NCBI GenBank assembly: GCA_016217835.1 | Contig: JACRFQ010000043.1 | Span: 1 to 63,235 of the forward strand | DNA length: 63,235 bases | Direction: 5' to 3' | From: Candidatus Levyibacteriota bacterium | GTDB lineage: Bacteria > Patescibacteriota > Microgenomatia > Levybacterales > UBA12049 | The notes under the pieces: model-generated | The model's input: only the letters and a program-made list of their open reading frames with translations | Databases searched by the model: none | Told to the model about the DNA's origin: nothing | Shown here: one piece after another, positions 36,979 through 45,400 of the stretch | How the letters are laid out: each line of letters starts with the position of its first letter | Position numbering within the stretch: position 1 is the first letter of the stretch | Translations under genes and position numbers: made by a program

Positions 36979-37535
36979 TAAGGATTTTTAATAAACCTCA
37001 TTCGATTAATTGGCCAATAAACAAACATAGAATTTCCGATTATTTCGTCTTTTTTAACAAATCCCCATTCTCTGGAATCAGAACTATTCAGCCTGTTGTC
37101 CCCCATTACAAAATATTTGTCTTCGGGTACAGTAATCGTATCGCTGTCCGCAAGAAAATTACCTGGATAAGTTTTAACATCCGGTTTTAAATAGGCTGAT
37201 TCATTAAGTTCATTGTCGTTTAGATAAACTTTTCCGTCTTTTATAGATACTGTATCTCCCGGGGTGCCTATAACTCTTTTAATATAATCTTTCTCAGGAT
37301 CAAGCGGAGCTTTAAAAACAATTACATCTCCATGTTTTAGGTTTTGGAAACGCAAGGAAATAAGATTTGTTAAAACATATTCATTGTTATAAAAATTGGG
37401 GTACATTGATTCTCCTTTTACTTCAAAAGGACGAAATAAAAAGACATAAATGACTAAAAATATAGCTGCAGCGATTAAAAATGTCTGAACAGTGTCGAGG
37501 AGAAAATAATAGATCTTCCGTAAAATATTCATCAA
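36975..37535 (-). CDS. lepB: signal peptidase I (probable start is the ATG one codon in, at 37532)
   Basis: The motifs are GESMYPN (Ser nucleophile), KRVIG (Lys) and GDNRLNSSDSREWG. Confidence 0.9.
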   Translation of the reverse strand: MMNILRKIYYFLLDTVQTFLIAAAIFLVIYVFLFRPFEVKGESMYPNFYNNEYVLTNLISLRFQNLKHGDVIVFKAPLDPEKDYIKRVIGTPGDTVSIKDGKVYLNDNELNESAYLKPDVKTYPGNFLADSDTITVPEDKYFVMGDNRLNSSDSREWGFVKKDEIIGNSMFVYWPINRMRFIKNPY

Positions 37536-37564
37536 TACTCAATTTTCCCAAAATTTAGCCTGCT

Positions 37565-37593
37565 TTGTCAATGAGATTAATTTATGCTAAGAT
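37565..37593 (+). promoter_or_regulatory. sigma70-like promoter TTGTCA - 17 nt - TAAGAT upstream of tRNA-Val
   Basis: TTGTCA at 37565-37570 and TAAGAT at 37588-37593. The tRNA starts at 37627. Confidence 0.45.
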
Positions 37594-37626
37594 TTAATCG
37601 TTATTCACACCTGCCCGACAATGCAT

Positions 37627-37698
37627 GGACCCTTAGCTCAGTGGTAGAGTGCTGCATTCACATTGCAGATGTCGCAAGTTCGAATCTTGCAGGGTCCA
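37627..37698 (+). tRNA. tRNA-Val (anticodon CAC), CCA not encoded
   Basis: A manual cloverleaf gives acceptor GGACCCT/AGGGTCC and D arm GCTC-AGTGGTA-GAGT. The anticodon arm is CTGCA-TTCACAT-TGCAG and the T arm is GCAAG-TTCGAAT-CTTGC. The discriminator is A. Confidence 0.9.
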
Positions 37699-37702
37699 CA
37701 GT

Positions 37703-37822
37703 CAAGGCAAGGCGGGTCGAAGAAGTCGGAGGCCTGCCCCGTATAAACGCCACCGTGAGGCGAAGATGTAAACTTCGCGAACGGAAAGTTTGTGTGGGGT
37801 TCAAATCCAGACACGACCACAG
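37703..37822 (+). ncRNA. unassigned GC-rich structured element directly 3' of tRNA-Val; its 3' two-thirds resemble a degenerate class II tRNA (Tyr GUA-like loop)
   Basis: About 56% G+C by hand count, in an AT-rich genome. Hairpins are CGCC-ACCGTGA-GGCG (37748-37762) and GCGAAG-ATGTAAA-CTTCGC (37760-37778). A T-loop-like GGGGTTCAAATCC lies at 37796-37808. No canonical acceptor or D arm is formed. Confidence 0.35.
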
Positions 37823-37846
37823 ATATGGAAATAATTAAGAATCAGG

Positions 37847-39736
37847 TTATAAATTATTATTAATTAGGTAATTAATATCGTAATAAAGTACTTGATATCC
37901 ATCTTCGGTTATCCCTTTTCCTCTTTGAGCTTTTACTTCATTAAGCATTGCGTTTAGGATATTTGTCGAAATTTTTTTACTTATAGAGCTAGATAGTTGA
38001 GCAATTGTCACTTTAACCAATAAGCTATTATAAATACCATCGTTTTTAAATTGATTTAGTTTTTTTAATTCACTTAAGTCGTTTATCAAATCTTCAAACG
38101 TTTTACTTATACGTGAGCCTTCAGTTTGAGAATAGTTTATTATTAAGGTTTCATCGTTGTTTTTAGTTATTATTCCCCGTATGTAATTTGAATCATTATC
38201 TCCATTTTTTTTAAATGCTGCTAAATTTATTTCATAAAATCCGTCTCTATTACTTGAGAGTTTTATTTCGTATGTTCCGTCTGTAGGTGTTGGTAATAAA
38301 AATTCATTTATGTTTGTTCCTAAATTTTCGTTTTGATCAGTGTCGTTTGGATTGCTGATAGGTAACTGAAGTGAGTATGATGCGTTATCTATATCATTTA
38401 ATTCTTCGTTATTGCTAAGATTTTTTCCTGTTTTTTTGCTATTGGGAGCAGTAATCATCATTTCTACACTTGGATTAACAACAGCAAGCAAATAACTTAG
38501 GTTTGTATTTGAAGGCACAAATCTATCTAGCTGACTAAAAGTATTATTAAATGAAGAAAGTGTAGCATAATTCCATTCAGGGTCATTAATAGAATACGTG
38601 TTGCCTGATATTCCTTTTGCGACAACAAAATGGCTCGATGTTTGGGAATTGCTTACCTTAAGGATATCGGGAAATTTTCCGATATTTAAATCATTGTCTA
38701 GAGTTTGAGTAAGGTCTATTTTTGTTCTTTTGTACTCCAGCTTTATATTTGATCTTCCTGCCTCAAAAATTTTCTTTGTTAAAGTAGATATGGATGGAAA
38801 TTTTAAATAAGAGTACCACCCATCCATATTTTTGTATCCAATTGCATAGCCATTATTATTTTTTAGCCAAATATTTAAGGATCCAGGGTCAAGGCTTGCA
38901 CCGTCCGGCATTTTTTTAATATTGTGGTAATTAAGAACCATCGCTGCCGATGTTACAGCGCATCCCCATCTATCCATAGTTGGATTAGAAAACCCAAGAC
39001 TAATAGAATGGTCGTATTCAGTAGAACCCCAAGTTGAATCGTTTTGATTAAAATATGGAACCGTAAGGGGGGTCGGGGTAGCGTCTAGACTAGTAACAAC
39101 AATATTATCAAAATATGTTTCCGAACTAGGATCTCCACCAACGCTTGCTCTTAAAGCTATCTTTCCTGCAGGAGCTTCTGTAATAGAAGTAAAATCTTTA
39201 ATCAAATTGCCGTTTATAAATATTTGTATATTATTGTCATGAACAACTATTTTAACGTGATATAGTTTGCCCAGTGAATAATCACCAGGAATATTAAAAT
39301 AATTTCCTGGAAAACTGGCAACTAAATTAGTTGGGGATTGAAAATGTAGTTCGTAGCCAAGACCAACTAAAGGATCAGTTCTGTATACAATATTGTGATC
39401 CGTACCTGATATTAATGTCATATCAGCCTCAAATACGTAATTTTTAATAGAAATTGGCCACTCAGAGCTTTTAGGAACTATATTAGTAGAGCAAGAGTTA
39501 AAGTTAGTAATTGATATTTTTAAAACTCCACTATCAACCCTCCATTCATCAGGACATAAATTAGGGAAAGGAAGTATTTCCCATTTGTTTGGAAAAGATC
39601 CCGTTGGATCATCATCAAAATTGTCTTGAAATATAACATCCGAAGCGTTTATTTTATTCCAGGTAGGAAAAATAAAAGAGAATGATAATAAGAAAAATAC
39701 AAAAAAGAAAATCTTTAGGGCAGTTAGATTTTTCAC
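37847..39736 (-). CDS. secreted protein with LamG/DUF1080-like jelly-roll domain and peptidase C39-like (papain-fold) domain; GTG start
   Basis: The signal or anchor is LKIFFFVFFLLSFSFIF. The LamG-like part reads IFQDNFDD..WRVDSGVLKI..YHVKIVVHDNNIQIFINGNLI. The C39-like part reads PYFNQNDSTWG..WGCAVTSAAMVLNYH..SSHFVVAKGISGNTYSINDP. Confidence 0.7.
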   Translation of the reverse strand: MKNLTALKIFFFVFFLLSFSFIFPTWNKINASDVIFQDNFDDDPTGSFPNKWEILPFPNLCPDEWRVDSGVLKISITNFNSCSTNIVPKSSEWPISIKNYVFEADMTLISGTDHNIVYRTDPLVGLGYELHFQSPTNLVASFPGNYFNIPGDYSLGKLYHVKIVVHDNNIQIFINGNLIKDFTSITEAPAGKIALRASVGGDPSSETYFDNIVVTSLDATPTPLTVPYFNQNDSTWGSTEYDHSISLGFSNPTMDRWGCAVTSAAMVLNYHNIKKMPDGASLDPGSLNIWLKNNNGYAIGYKNMDGWYSYLKFPSISTLTKKIFEAGRSNIKLEYKRTKIDLTQTLDNDLNIGKFPDILKVSNSQTSSHFVVAKGISGNTYSINDPEWNYATLSSFNNTFSQLDRFVPSNTNLSYLLAVVNPSVEMMITAPNSKKTGKNLSNNEELNDIDNASYSLQLPISNPNDTDQNENLGTNINEFLLPTPTDGTYEIKLSSNRDGFYEINLAAFKKNGDNDSNYIRGIITKNNDETLIINYSQTEGSRISKTFEDLINDLSELKKLNQFKNDGIYNSLLVKVTIAQLSSSISKKISTNILNAMLNEVKAQRGKGITEDGYQVLYYDINYLINNNL

Positions 39737-39745
39737 GTTAATTTA

Positions 39746-39773
39746 TTATTAATATCAAAATTTTTTTTGTCAA
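39746..39773 (-). promoter_or_regulatory. promoter (minus strand) TTGACA - 16 nt - TAATAA, 9 nt upstream of the GTG start
   Basis: The plus strand reads TGTCAA at 39768-39773 and TTATTA at 39746-39751. Confidence 0.45.
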
Positions 39774-39818
39774 TATATCAATTTGCTATTATGATAATAA
39801 AATTATAGAAATAGTAAG

Positions 39819-39838
39819 TTCTAAAACGAATCCGAACA
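39819..39838 (+). repeat. IS30 left inverted repeat TTCTAAAACGAATCCGAACA
   Basis: It matches the reverse complement of 40838-40857 at 17 of 20 positions. The 11-mer GAATCCGAACA is identical in both. Confidence 0.75.
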
Positions 39839-39853
39839 GTATAATGTTCGGAT

Positions 39854-40834
39854 ATGATAAAAAGGTGCAAGATTACACCGGAGGAAAGAGATAGAATAGC
39901 TCTTCTTCTGGCATCTAAGACAAGCTTAAGAAAGATTGCCAAGATACTTGGCAGAAGTATTTCTTCAATCAGCGAGGAGGTGAAAAGAAACAGTGTTAAT
40001 GGAGAATATACTTCAATTAATGCTCAAAGATTAAGTGAAGTAAGAAATGCTACATCTAGAAAAACTAATCCATTAAAAAACCCTAAAATCTATGCTTATG
40101 TTTATGAAAAACTAAGATCCGGTTGGAGCCCTGAGCAAATAGCCGGAAGGCTCAAGAAAGACAATAATGGTAAAAGTATCATTTGTCATGAAACTATCTA
40201 TAGATATATTTACAGTTCTGAGGGGAAGAAAAGAAACCTATCTGAGTATCTAGTAAAACATCACTATAAAAGAAGAAAATGGCATAGCAGATATCTTTAC
40301 CGAAGAGGTATTGCCAATAGGGTAAGCATCCGTTTGAGGCCAAAAGAAGTTGATAGACGTAAGTCTTTTGGCCATTGGGAAACAGATGTCGTTGAGGGAA
40401 AAGCTCATCAAAAAGGGATACAAACACTACTTGAAAGAAAAACCAGATTTTTTCAAGCTAAAATCTTAGAAAAGATTGACTCCGAATATGGAGTTAAAGC
40501 TCAATATAATGTCTTAGTAAGTTTTCCCAAAAAAGCCAGGAAAACCTTAACTATGGATAATGGCAAAGAAAACTATAACCATCAAAAATTAGTGCGATAT
40601 CTAGGACTTAAGACTTTCTTTTGTGATCCATATTGCGCCTGGCAAAAAGGATCAAATGAAAATCATAATGGAGTTTTAAGAAGGTACATTCCTAAAAAGG
40701 CTGACTTAACAAATTTGTCTCAATTAGAGCTAGATGCGATCATTGAAGAGATTAATCGTCGTCCCAGAAAATGTCTTAATTATGAAACGCCGGAGGAAGC
40801 CTTCACAAGAGAATTAAAATTGATTACAATATAA
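39854..40834 (+). CDS. IS30 family transposase
   Basis: The N-terminal HTH is SLRKIAKILGRSISSISEEVKRN. The DDE core reads GHWETDVV..TMDNGKEN..PYCAWQKGSNENHNGVLRRY. Confidence 0.92.
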   Translation: MIKRCKITPEERDRIALLLASKTSLRKIAKILGRSISSISEEVKRNSVNGEYTSINAQRLSEVRNATSRKTNPLKNPKIYAYVYEKLRSGWSPEQIAGRLKKDNNGKSIICHETIYRYIYSSEGKKRNLSEYLVKHHYKRRKWHSRYLYRRGIANRVSIRLRPKEVDRRKSFGHWETDVVEGKAHQKGIQTLLERKTRFFQAKILEKIDSEYGVKAQYNVLVSFPKKARKTLTMDNGKENYNHQKLVRYLGLKTFFCDPYCAWQKGSNENHNGVLRRYIPKKADLTNLSQLELDAIIEEINRRPRKCLNYETPEEAFTRELKLITI

Positions 40835-40837
40835 GGG

Positions 40838-40857
40838 TGTTCGGATTCAGATTAGAA
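40838..40857 (-). repeat. IS30 right inverted repeat (plus strand TGTTCGGATTCAGATTAGAA)
   Basis: It is the reverse complement partner of 39819-39838. Confidence 0.75.
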
Positions 40858-41046
40858 TTCACCATACACTATACTGACTTAAATAATTTAAATTAATTTA
40901 ATACAATTTATTTTTTATTATTTTATTTGGTTTGTTATTTAAAGTGTCATAGTTAATTTACCACCATTTAATTTAATATAATAGTAAATCAGGCTTGTTA
41001 ATGTGAAATAACGATGTTAAAATTGCATAATATAACAAATAAATAA

Positions 41047-41805
41047 ATGAAAAACGTAAATAAAAAATTAATAAAAGGGGTAATAGAGGAGGTAAATGGT
41101 CTGGCATTCAAAAATTCAGAGCCTTATTCGGAATCTGCAAAGATTTTTTTCCAAAACCGTTATTCAGAAATCGTAAAACTTTTACCTGAAATTAAAAAAG
41201 AAGACTTAGGGCTCGAAATTGGCTTAGCAGGAGGAGTGCTGGCATTTGTTTTAAGGAGGCACTTTAACCTTAATAAGCTATATACATTAGAACATCCAAT
41301 TGTTTATAAACAATACAATAATCAATTTCTTAATAAATTAAAAAATGATTACATAATACTTGAGCCAGTAAATTTAGAGGAAAATAAATTACCCTGGCCT
41401 GATAATTTTTTTAATTTTATATTTCTTTGCGATGTAGTTGAACATCTTGTTCCATCCGACATTCCAAATTTAATAAGGGAGATAAAACGTGTTCTAAGAA
41501 AAGACGGTTATCTCGTTATCGTTACTCCAAACATAGCATCTTTAATAAAGAGGATAAATTTATTTTTTGGCAAAAACCCAATTGAGTTTGATTTAAAATT
41601 GCATGAGGAAGCAACCTATGGGCATATCAGGGAATACACCATGAATGAGTTATTATATATCGTTGAAAACGAGAACCTTAAAATTAAAAGAAAAAAATAC
41701 TTTATGATTGACGCTAAAAGAAATATATTTACAAGAATTGAAGATTTATGTAGCAAGATTTACCGACCATTTGCAAACAGTCTCGCCCTAGTAATTCAAA
41801 AATAG
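41047..41805 (+). CDS. class I SAM-dependent methyltransferase
   Basis: The motif I-like segment is LEIGLAGGVLAFVL, with FIFLCDVVEHL and GYLVIVTPN. Confidence 0.75.
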   Translation: MKNVNKKLIKGVIEEVNGLAFKNSEPYSESAKIFFQNRYSEIVKLLPEIKKEDLGLEIGLAGGVLAFVLRRHFNLNKLYTLEHPIVYKQYNNQFLNKLKNDYIILEPVNLEENKLPWPDNFFNFIFLCDVVEHLVPSDIPNLIREIKRVLRKDGYLVIVTPNIASLIKRINLFFGKNPIEFDLKLHEEATYGHIREYTMNELLYIVENENLKIKRKKYFMIDAKRNIFTRIEDLCSKIYRPFANSLALVIQK

Positions 41806-41834
41806 CTTCTAGCACTATTTTTGTCCTCGAACAA

Positions 41835-41843
41835 TGATATAAT
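41835..41843 (+). promoter_or_regulatory. extended -10 promoter TGaTATAAT
   Basis: TG at 41835-41836 and TATAAT at 41838-41843, with the ATG at 41859. Confidence 0.45.
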
Positions 41844-41858
41844 AGCTTCAATTAACAT

Positions 41859-42938
41859 ATGACGATTTTATTTTTTGCAAGGAGATTTTATCCTTTAATC
41901 GGCGGGGTTGAGAAGCATGTTTTGGAAGTAGGCAAGAGATTGGTTAAAAAAGGACACAAGGTAATCGTTGTAACCGAATACGAAAAAAATACGAATAAGC
42001 AAAATCAGCAGTCGGATCCCCTAGGTGCTACGATTGAGGGAATAGAAATTTTAAGGATTCAGGCGGGAAATGAGGACAAGCTAAAAAAGTTTAGAATTTG
42101 GTTTAAGCTATTAAAATACATTAAATTTATTAACTCCGCTGACATTGTTCATTGTCATGATATTTTCTTTTGGTACCTTCCTTTTAGATTTTTGTTTCCT
42201 TTTAAAAAAGTTTATACAACCTTTCATGGATACGAAGGAAATAATATGCCAAATAAAAAATCAGTATTAATGCATAAAATTGCTGAAAAGCTTTCGTGGG
42301 GAAATATTTGCGTTGGAGATTTTTTTAAAAAATGGTACGGTACAAAACCAACATACGTCTCATATGGAGCAGTTTCAGAAATTAATAATTTAGAAATTAA
42401 AAATAAAAACAATAGCAATAATAATTCAAAGATTGAAATTGTTTATTTAGGAAGGTTAGAAGAAGAAGCGGGGATAATGGATTATCTAAAGGCTTTAAGA
42501 AATATTAGTAAAAAATCTTTAAACTTTAAATTAGTAGTACTAGGTAATGGTTCGCAAATGAATAAGGCAAGAAATTATGCGAAGAAAAACAAATTAAGTG
42601 TGGAGTTTAAAGGATTCGTAAAAAATATAGATATTTATCTTAATAGAGCATCTTTTGTGTTCACATCAAGATACCTTGGGATGATGGAAGCTTTAATGAA
42701 CAAAAAATATGTTCTTGCAGTATATAACAATCAAATTAAGAAAGATTATTTGCAAATGACACCTTTTGCTAAATTTATTTCAATTTCAAAAAACTCAAAT
42801 GAAATAAGAGATCAATTATACAAATATCTTTCAGACGAAAAACTAAAAAACATAAAAATAAACAAGGGATACGCCTGGGTTAAAGATAAGACTTGGGAAA
42901 GGATGACAGATACGTATTTAAAACTCTGGTCTAGTTAG
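41859..42938 (+). CDS. glycosyltransferase family 4 (GT-B, retaining)
   Basis: The N-terminus is ILFFARRFYPLIGGVEKHVLEVGKRLVKKGHKV. The C-terminal half is GT1/GT4-like. Confidence 0.75.
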   Translation: MTILFFARRFYPLIGGVEKHVLEVGKRLVKKGHKVIVVTEYEKNTNKQNQQSDPLGATIEGIEILRIQAGNEDKLKKFRIWFKLLKYIKFINSADIVHCHDIFFWYLPFRFLFPFKKVYTTFHGYEGNNMPNKKSVLMHKIAEKLSWGNICVGDFFKKWYGTKPTYVSYGAVSEINNLEIKNKNNSNNNSKIEIVYLGRLEEEAGIMDYLKALRNISKKSLNFKLVVLGNGSQMNKARNYAKKNKLSVEFKGFVKNIDIYLNRASFVFTSRYLGMMEALMNKKYVLAVYNNQIKKDYLQMTPFAKFISISKNSNEIRDQLYKYLSDEKLKNIKINKGYAWVKDKTWERMTDTYLKLWSS

Positions 42939-42944
42939 TATAAT
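42939..42944 (+). promoter_or_regulatory. -10 box TATAAT, 8 nt upstream of the ATG at 42953
   Basis: Read directly. Confidence 0.35.
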
Positions 42945-42952
42945 ATTAGTTT

Positions 42953-44446
42953 ATGAAAAAATTTGTTCCTTTATTAATTCCCCTATTTATTTTTCTTTTA
43001 ACTCTTATAGTGTCCGGATATTTTTCCACTATTAATACCGATCCGCATCACGATGGCATTGTTTTAAAGCCTGCGATAGATATTGCGGAAGGCAGAATGC
43101 TTTTTAGGGACACTTTTACGCAATACGGCGCTTTTACAACTGTTATACAAGCTCTGGCAATTAAAATTTTTGGAGAATATTTAATAACAATAAAACTTTT
43201 AACAGCCTTTTTTTATGGATTAATTTCGGTTTTAATTTATTTTATCTGGTCTAGATTTTTATCAAAGAAACTTGCGATACTAAGCTTATTTATTTGGTTA
43301 TCGCTTGCTCCGTATCTTTCCGTGGTGTTCTTGCCCTGGTCATCTGTATACGCATTATTTTTTCAATGTTTAACGTTATATCTAATATTAAAATATCTAG
43401 ATACTAACAATAAAAAAGCATTATTGTTAGCCGGTATTTGTGCAGGACTTGCTTTTTGGTCGAAGCAAAATGTAGGTGCTTATACAATTACAGCATCGTT
43501 GGTTTCAATAGCACTGATACAGATTTTAAGTAAAAAGAAAATTTCAACTTTATTTCCAATTCTAATAAGATATTTAATTGGCAGTACTCTAGTATCTTTA
43601 CCAATAATGTTTTGGATAATTGGAAATGGGGCTTTTAACGATTGGCGGAAACAATCAATTTCTTTTGCTCTTTTCTGGGCGGAATCGTCTAAGCTACATA
43701 TTTTTAATCATTTTTTTCCGCGTTCAATTAGCAACATATCTATTTGGTCATTAATACCAATAGTTACAATGATTGCTTTTTTAAGAGAATTTTTCGGAAA
43801 AAAACCGAATTTGATAATTCTAGTAGTTTCCATTTTTGGATTGTTTTCCTGGTTACAATATTTTCCAATTCCCGATATAAGACATGTTCATTGGGCAGCT
43901 ACTCCGATGATTGGTATAACAATTTATATTTTCTTTAAGTTGGCAGAGTCAATTAATAATAAAAATATTGCAATAAAATATCTTATATTTATTTTTTTCA
44001 TTGTGTTAATATTTGCCCGTGATTTACATTTTGGAATTAAAAGCGGGTTTATTAAAGCAAGCAAACAATATAAGAGCTTAGATAGTCCGCCTGTATTAAA
44101 AGGTATGAAATTATCCGCAGCAGAATACGGCTTTTATAAAAAAACTTATGAAGACATTATAAAATATCAAAATATACACAGAAAAACAAATTTAATCACT
44201 ACCGGAAGAAACGCGTTATATTTAACCTTTATTAAGTCTGAAAATTTTCATCCAATATACGTCAATTGGGAAATGATGAATGAATCATTAATATATCCTG
44301 AATATTTATCAAAAATGAATGAATATATTACCAATAACAAACCTTTAATTATCGCTATTAAAAAACCATTACCTTTAGGATACTGCAGGCTTAATAATCT
44401 TGTAAACGCAGAAGATTTTGCGTTCTTAATCGCTCCATGCAAATAG
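42953..44446 (+). CDS. polytopic membrane protein, candidate GT-C-type (ArnT/PMT-like) lipid-carrier-dependent glycosyltransferase
   Basis: It has about 11 TM helices. An acidic first external loop (NTDPHHDGIVLKPAIDIAEGRMLFRD) and a C-terminal soluble domain are present. It converges on (tail-to-tail) a polyprenyl-phosphate GT2. Confidence 0.5.
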   Translation: MKKFVPLLIPLFIFLLTLIVSGYFSTINTDPHHDGIVLKPAIDIAEGRMLFRDTFTQYGAFTTVIQALAIKIFGEYLITIKLLTAFFYGLISVLIYFIWSRFLSKKLAILSLFIWLSLAPYLSVVFLPWSSVYALFFQCLTLYLILKYLDTNNKKALLLAGICAGLAFWSKQNVGAYTITASLVSIALIQILSKKKISTLFPILIRYLIGSTLVSLPIMFWIIGNGAFNDWRKQSISFALFWAESSKLHIFNHFFPRSISNISIWSLIPIVTMIAFLREFFGKKPNLIILVVSIFGLFSWLQYFPIPDIRHVHWAATPMIGITIYIFFKLAESINNKNIAIKYLIFIFFIVLIFARDLHFGIKSGFIKASKQYKSLDSPPVLKGMKLSAAEYGFYKKTYEDIIKYQNIHRKTNLITTGRNALYLTFIKSENFHPIYVNWEMMNESLIYPEYLSKMNEYITNNKPLIIAIKKPLPLGYCRLNNLVNAEDFAFLIAPCK

Positions 44447-44452
44447 CAGAGT

Positions 44453-45400
44453 CTATTTGATTTTCGGATTTTTAATTATACTTTTTACAACATATTTCGG
44501 ACGCTGTTTAACCTCCTCAAAGATTTTTCCGATATATTCTCCTAAAACGCTAATACCCAAAAGCTGAATAGCACCGATAAAAAGTATGGCTATAAGAACC
44601 GTAGTAATACCAAGCGGCGCATTTGGTATTGTAAGACGTAAAATAATCTGGACAACCATTCCAAGTAGCGCTAAAAAGAATACCAAAAGGGAAAGGAGTG
44701 TCATTAGCTGCAAAGGCACATAAGAAAAAGAAAGTATTCCCTTTGTTGCCCACTGAAAATTCTTAAGAAAATTATTTGTAGTTTTTCCAAACATTCTTTC
44801 CGGCCTTACATATGGAATGCCTGTTTGTTTAAAACCAACCCAAGCCCTAAGACCCCGTAGGAATCTATCTCTTTCCGGAAATTGTTTCAAAACATCCACG
44901 ACTTTTCTATCAATTAGGGAAAAATCACCAGCATCAAGGGGAATTTGTACATAAGACATTTTATGAAATATTCTATAAAAAAGTTTGTAAGCAATCGCCA
45001 TTAATATAGGCGCTTCTCTTTTTGTTCTTACTCCATAGACAACATCGTAGCCTTCAAGCCATTTTTTGTAAAATTTTTTAATTATTTCAGGAGGGTCTTG
45101 TAAGTCGCCGTCCAAAAAAACAATTGCGTCTCCAGTTGCAATATCCATTCCGCTTGTAAAAGCCATTTGAGAACTGAAATTTCTTGAATGGTTGACTCCT
45201 ATAACCTTTGGATCTTTTTTTACAATTTTTCTAATAACTTCTTCGGAATTATCGGGACTGCCGTCATTTACGAAAATTATTTCATAATCAATACCTATCT
45301 CTTTAAAGGTGTTTGTCAGCCTTTTATGCATGATTGGTATTGCCTGTCCGTCTTTATAGCAGGCAATTATTGCGGAAATTTTTTTCTTGTTATTTTTCAT
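44453..45400 (-). CDS. GT2 polyprenyl-phosphate glycosyltransferase (GtrB/ArnC-like) with two C-terminal TM helices
   Basis: The motifs are ISAIIACYKD, IFVNDGSPDNS and FLDGDLQDPPE. The C-terminal helices are LLSLLVFFLALLGMVV and LIAILFIGAIQLLGISVLG. Confidence 0.85.
   Translation of the reverse strand: MKNNKKKISAIIACYKDGQAIPIMHKRLTNTFKEIGIDYEIIFVNDGSPDNSEEVIRKIVKKDPKVIGVNHSRNFSSQMAFTSGMDIATGDAIVFLDGDLQDPPEIIKKFYKKWLEGYDVVYGVRTKREAPILMAIAYKLFYRIFHKMSYVQIPLDAGDFSLIDRKVVDVLKQFPERDRFLRGLRAWVGFKQTGIPYVRPERMFGKTTNNFLKNFQWATKGILSFSYVPLQLMTLLSLLVFFLALLGMVVQIILRLTIPNAPLGITTVLIAILFIGAIQLLGISVLGEYIGKIFEEVKQRPKYVVKSIIKNPKIK

Larger units (their letters stand above)
39812..40864 (+). mobile_element. IS30-family insertion sequence, apparently intact (about 1.04-1.05 kb)
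   Basis: A single transposase ORF is flanked by imperfect terminal inverted repeats. The conservative ends are 39819 and 40857, and weaker IR similarity extends about 7 nt further on each side. Confidence 0.8.

Noticed and set aside
37699-37822. GC-rich element considered as SRP (4.5S) RNA, 5S rRNA or tmRNA
   Set aside because: It lacks the SRP helix-8 GGAA tetraloop with the GGAAGCAGC context. It lacks the 5S loop C/E signatures and the terminal pairing. It is far too short for tmRNA and has no GGGG..ACCA acceptor pairing. I therefore leave it unassigned (see findings).
37584-37838. 84-aa (+) and 60-aa (-) ORFs over the tRNA-Val region
   Set aside because: They overlap a clean tRNA cloverleaf and the adjacent GC-rich RNA-like element. 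The open frames are a by-product of the locally high GC content.
39805-40870. Target-site duplication flanking the IS30 element
   Set aside because: The bases flanking the conservative IR ends (AAG / TTC) are not direct repeats. The exact ends are uncertain by several nt, so no duplication can be claimed.
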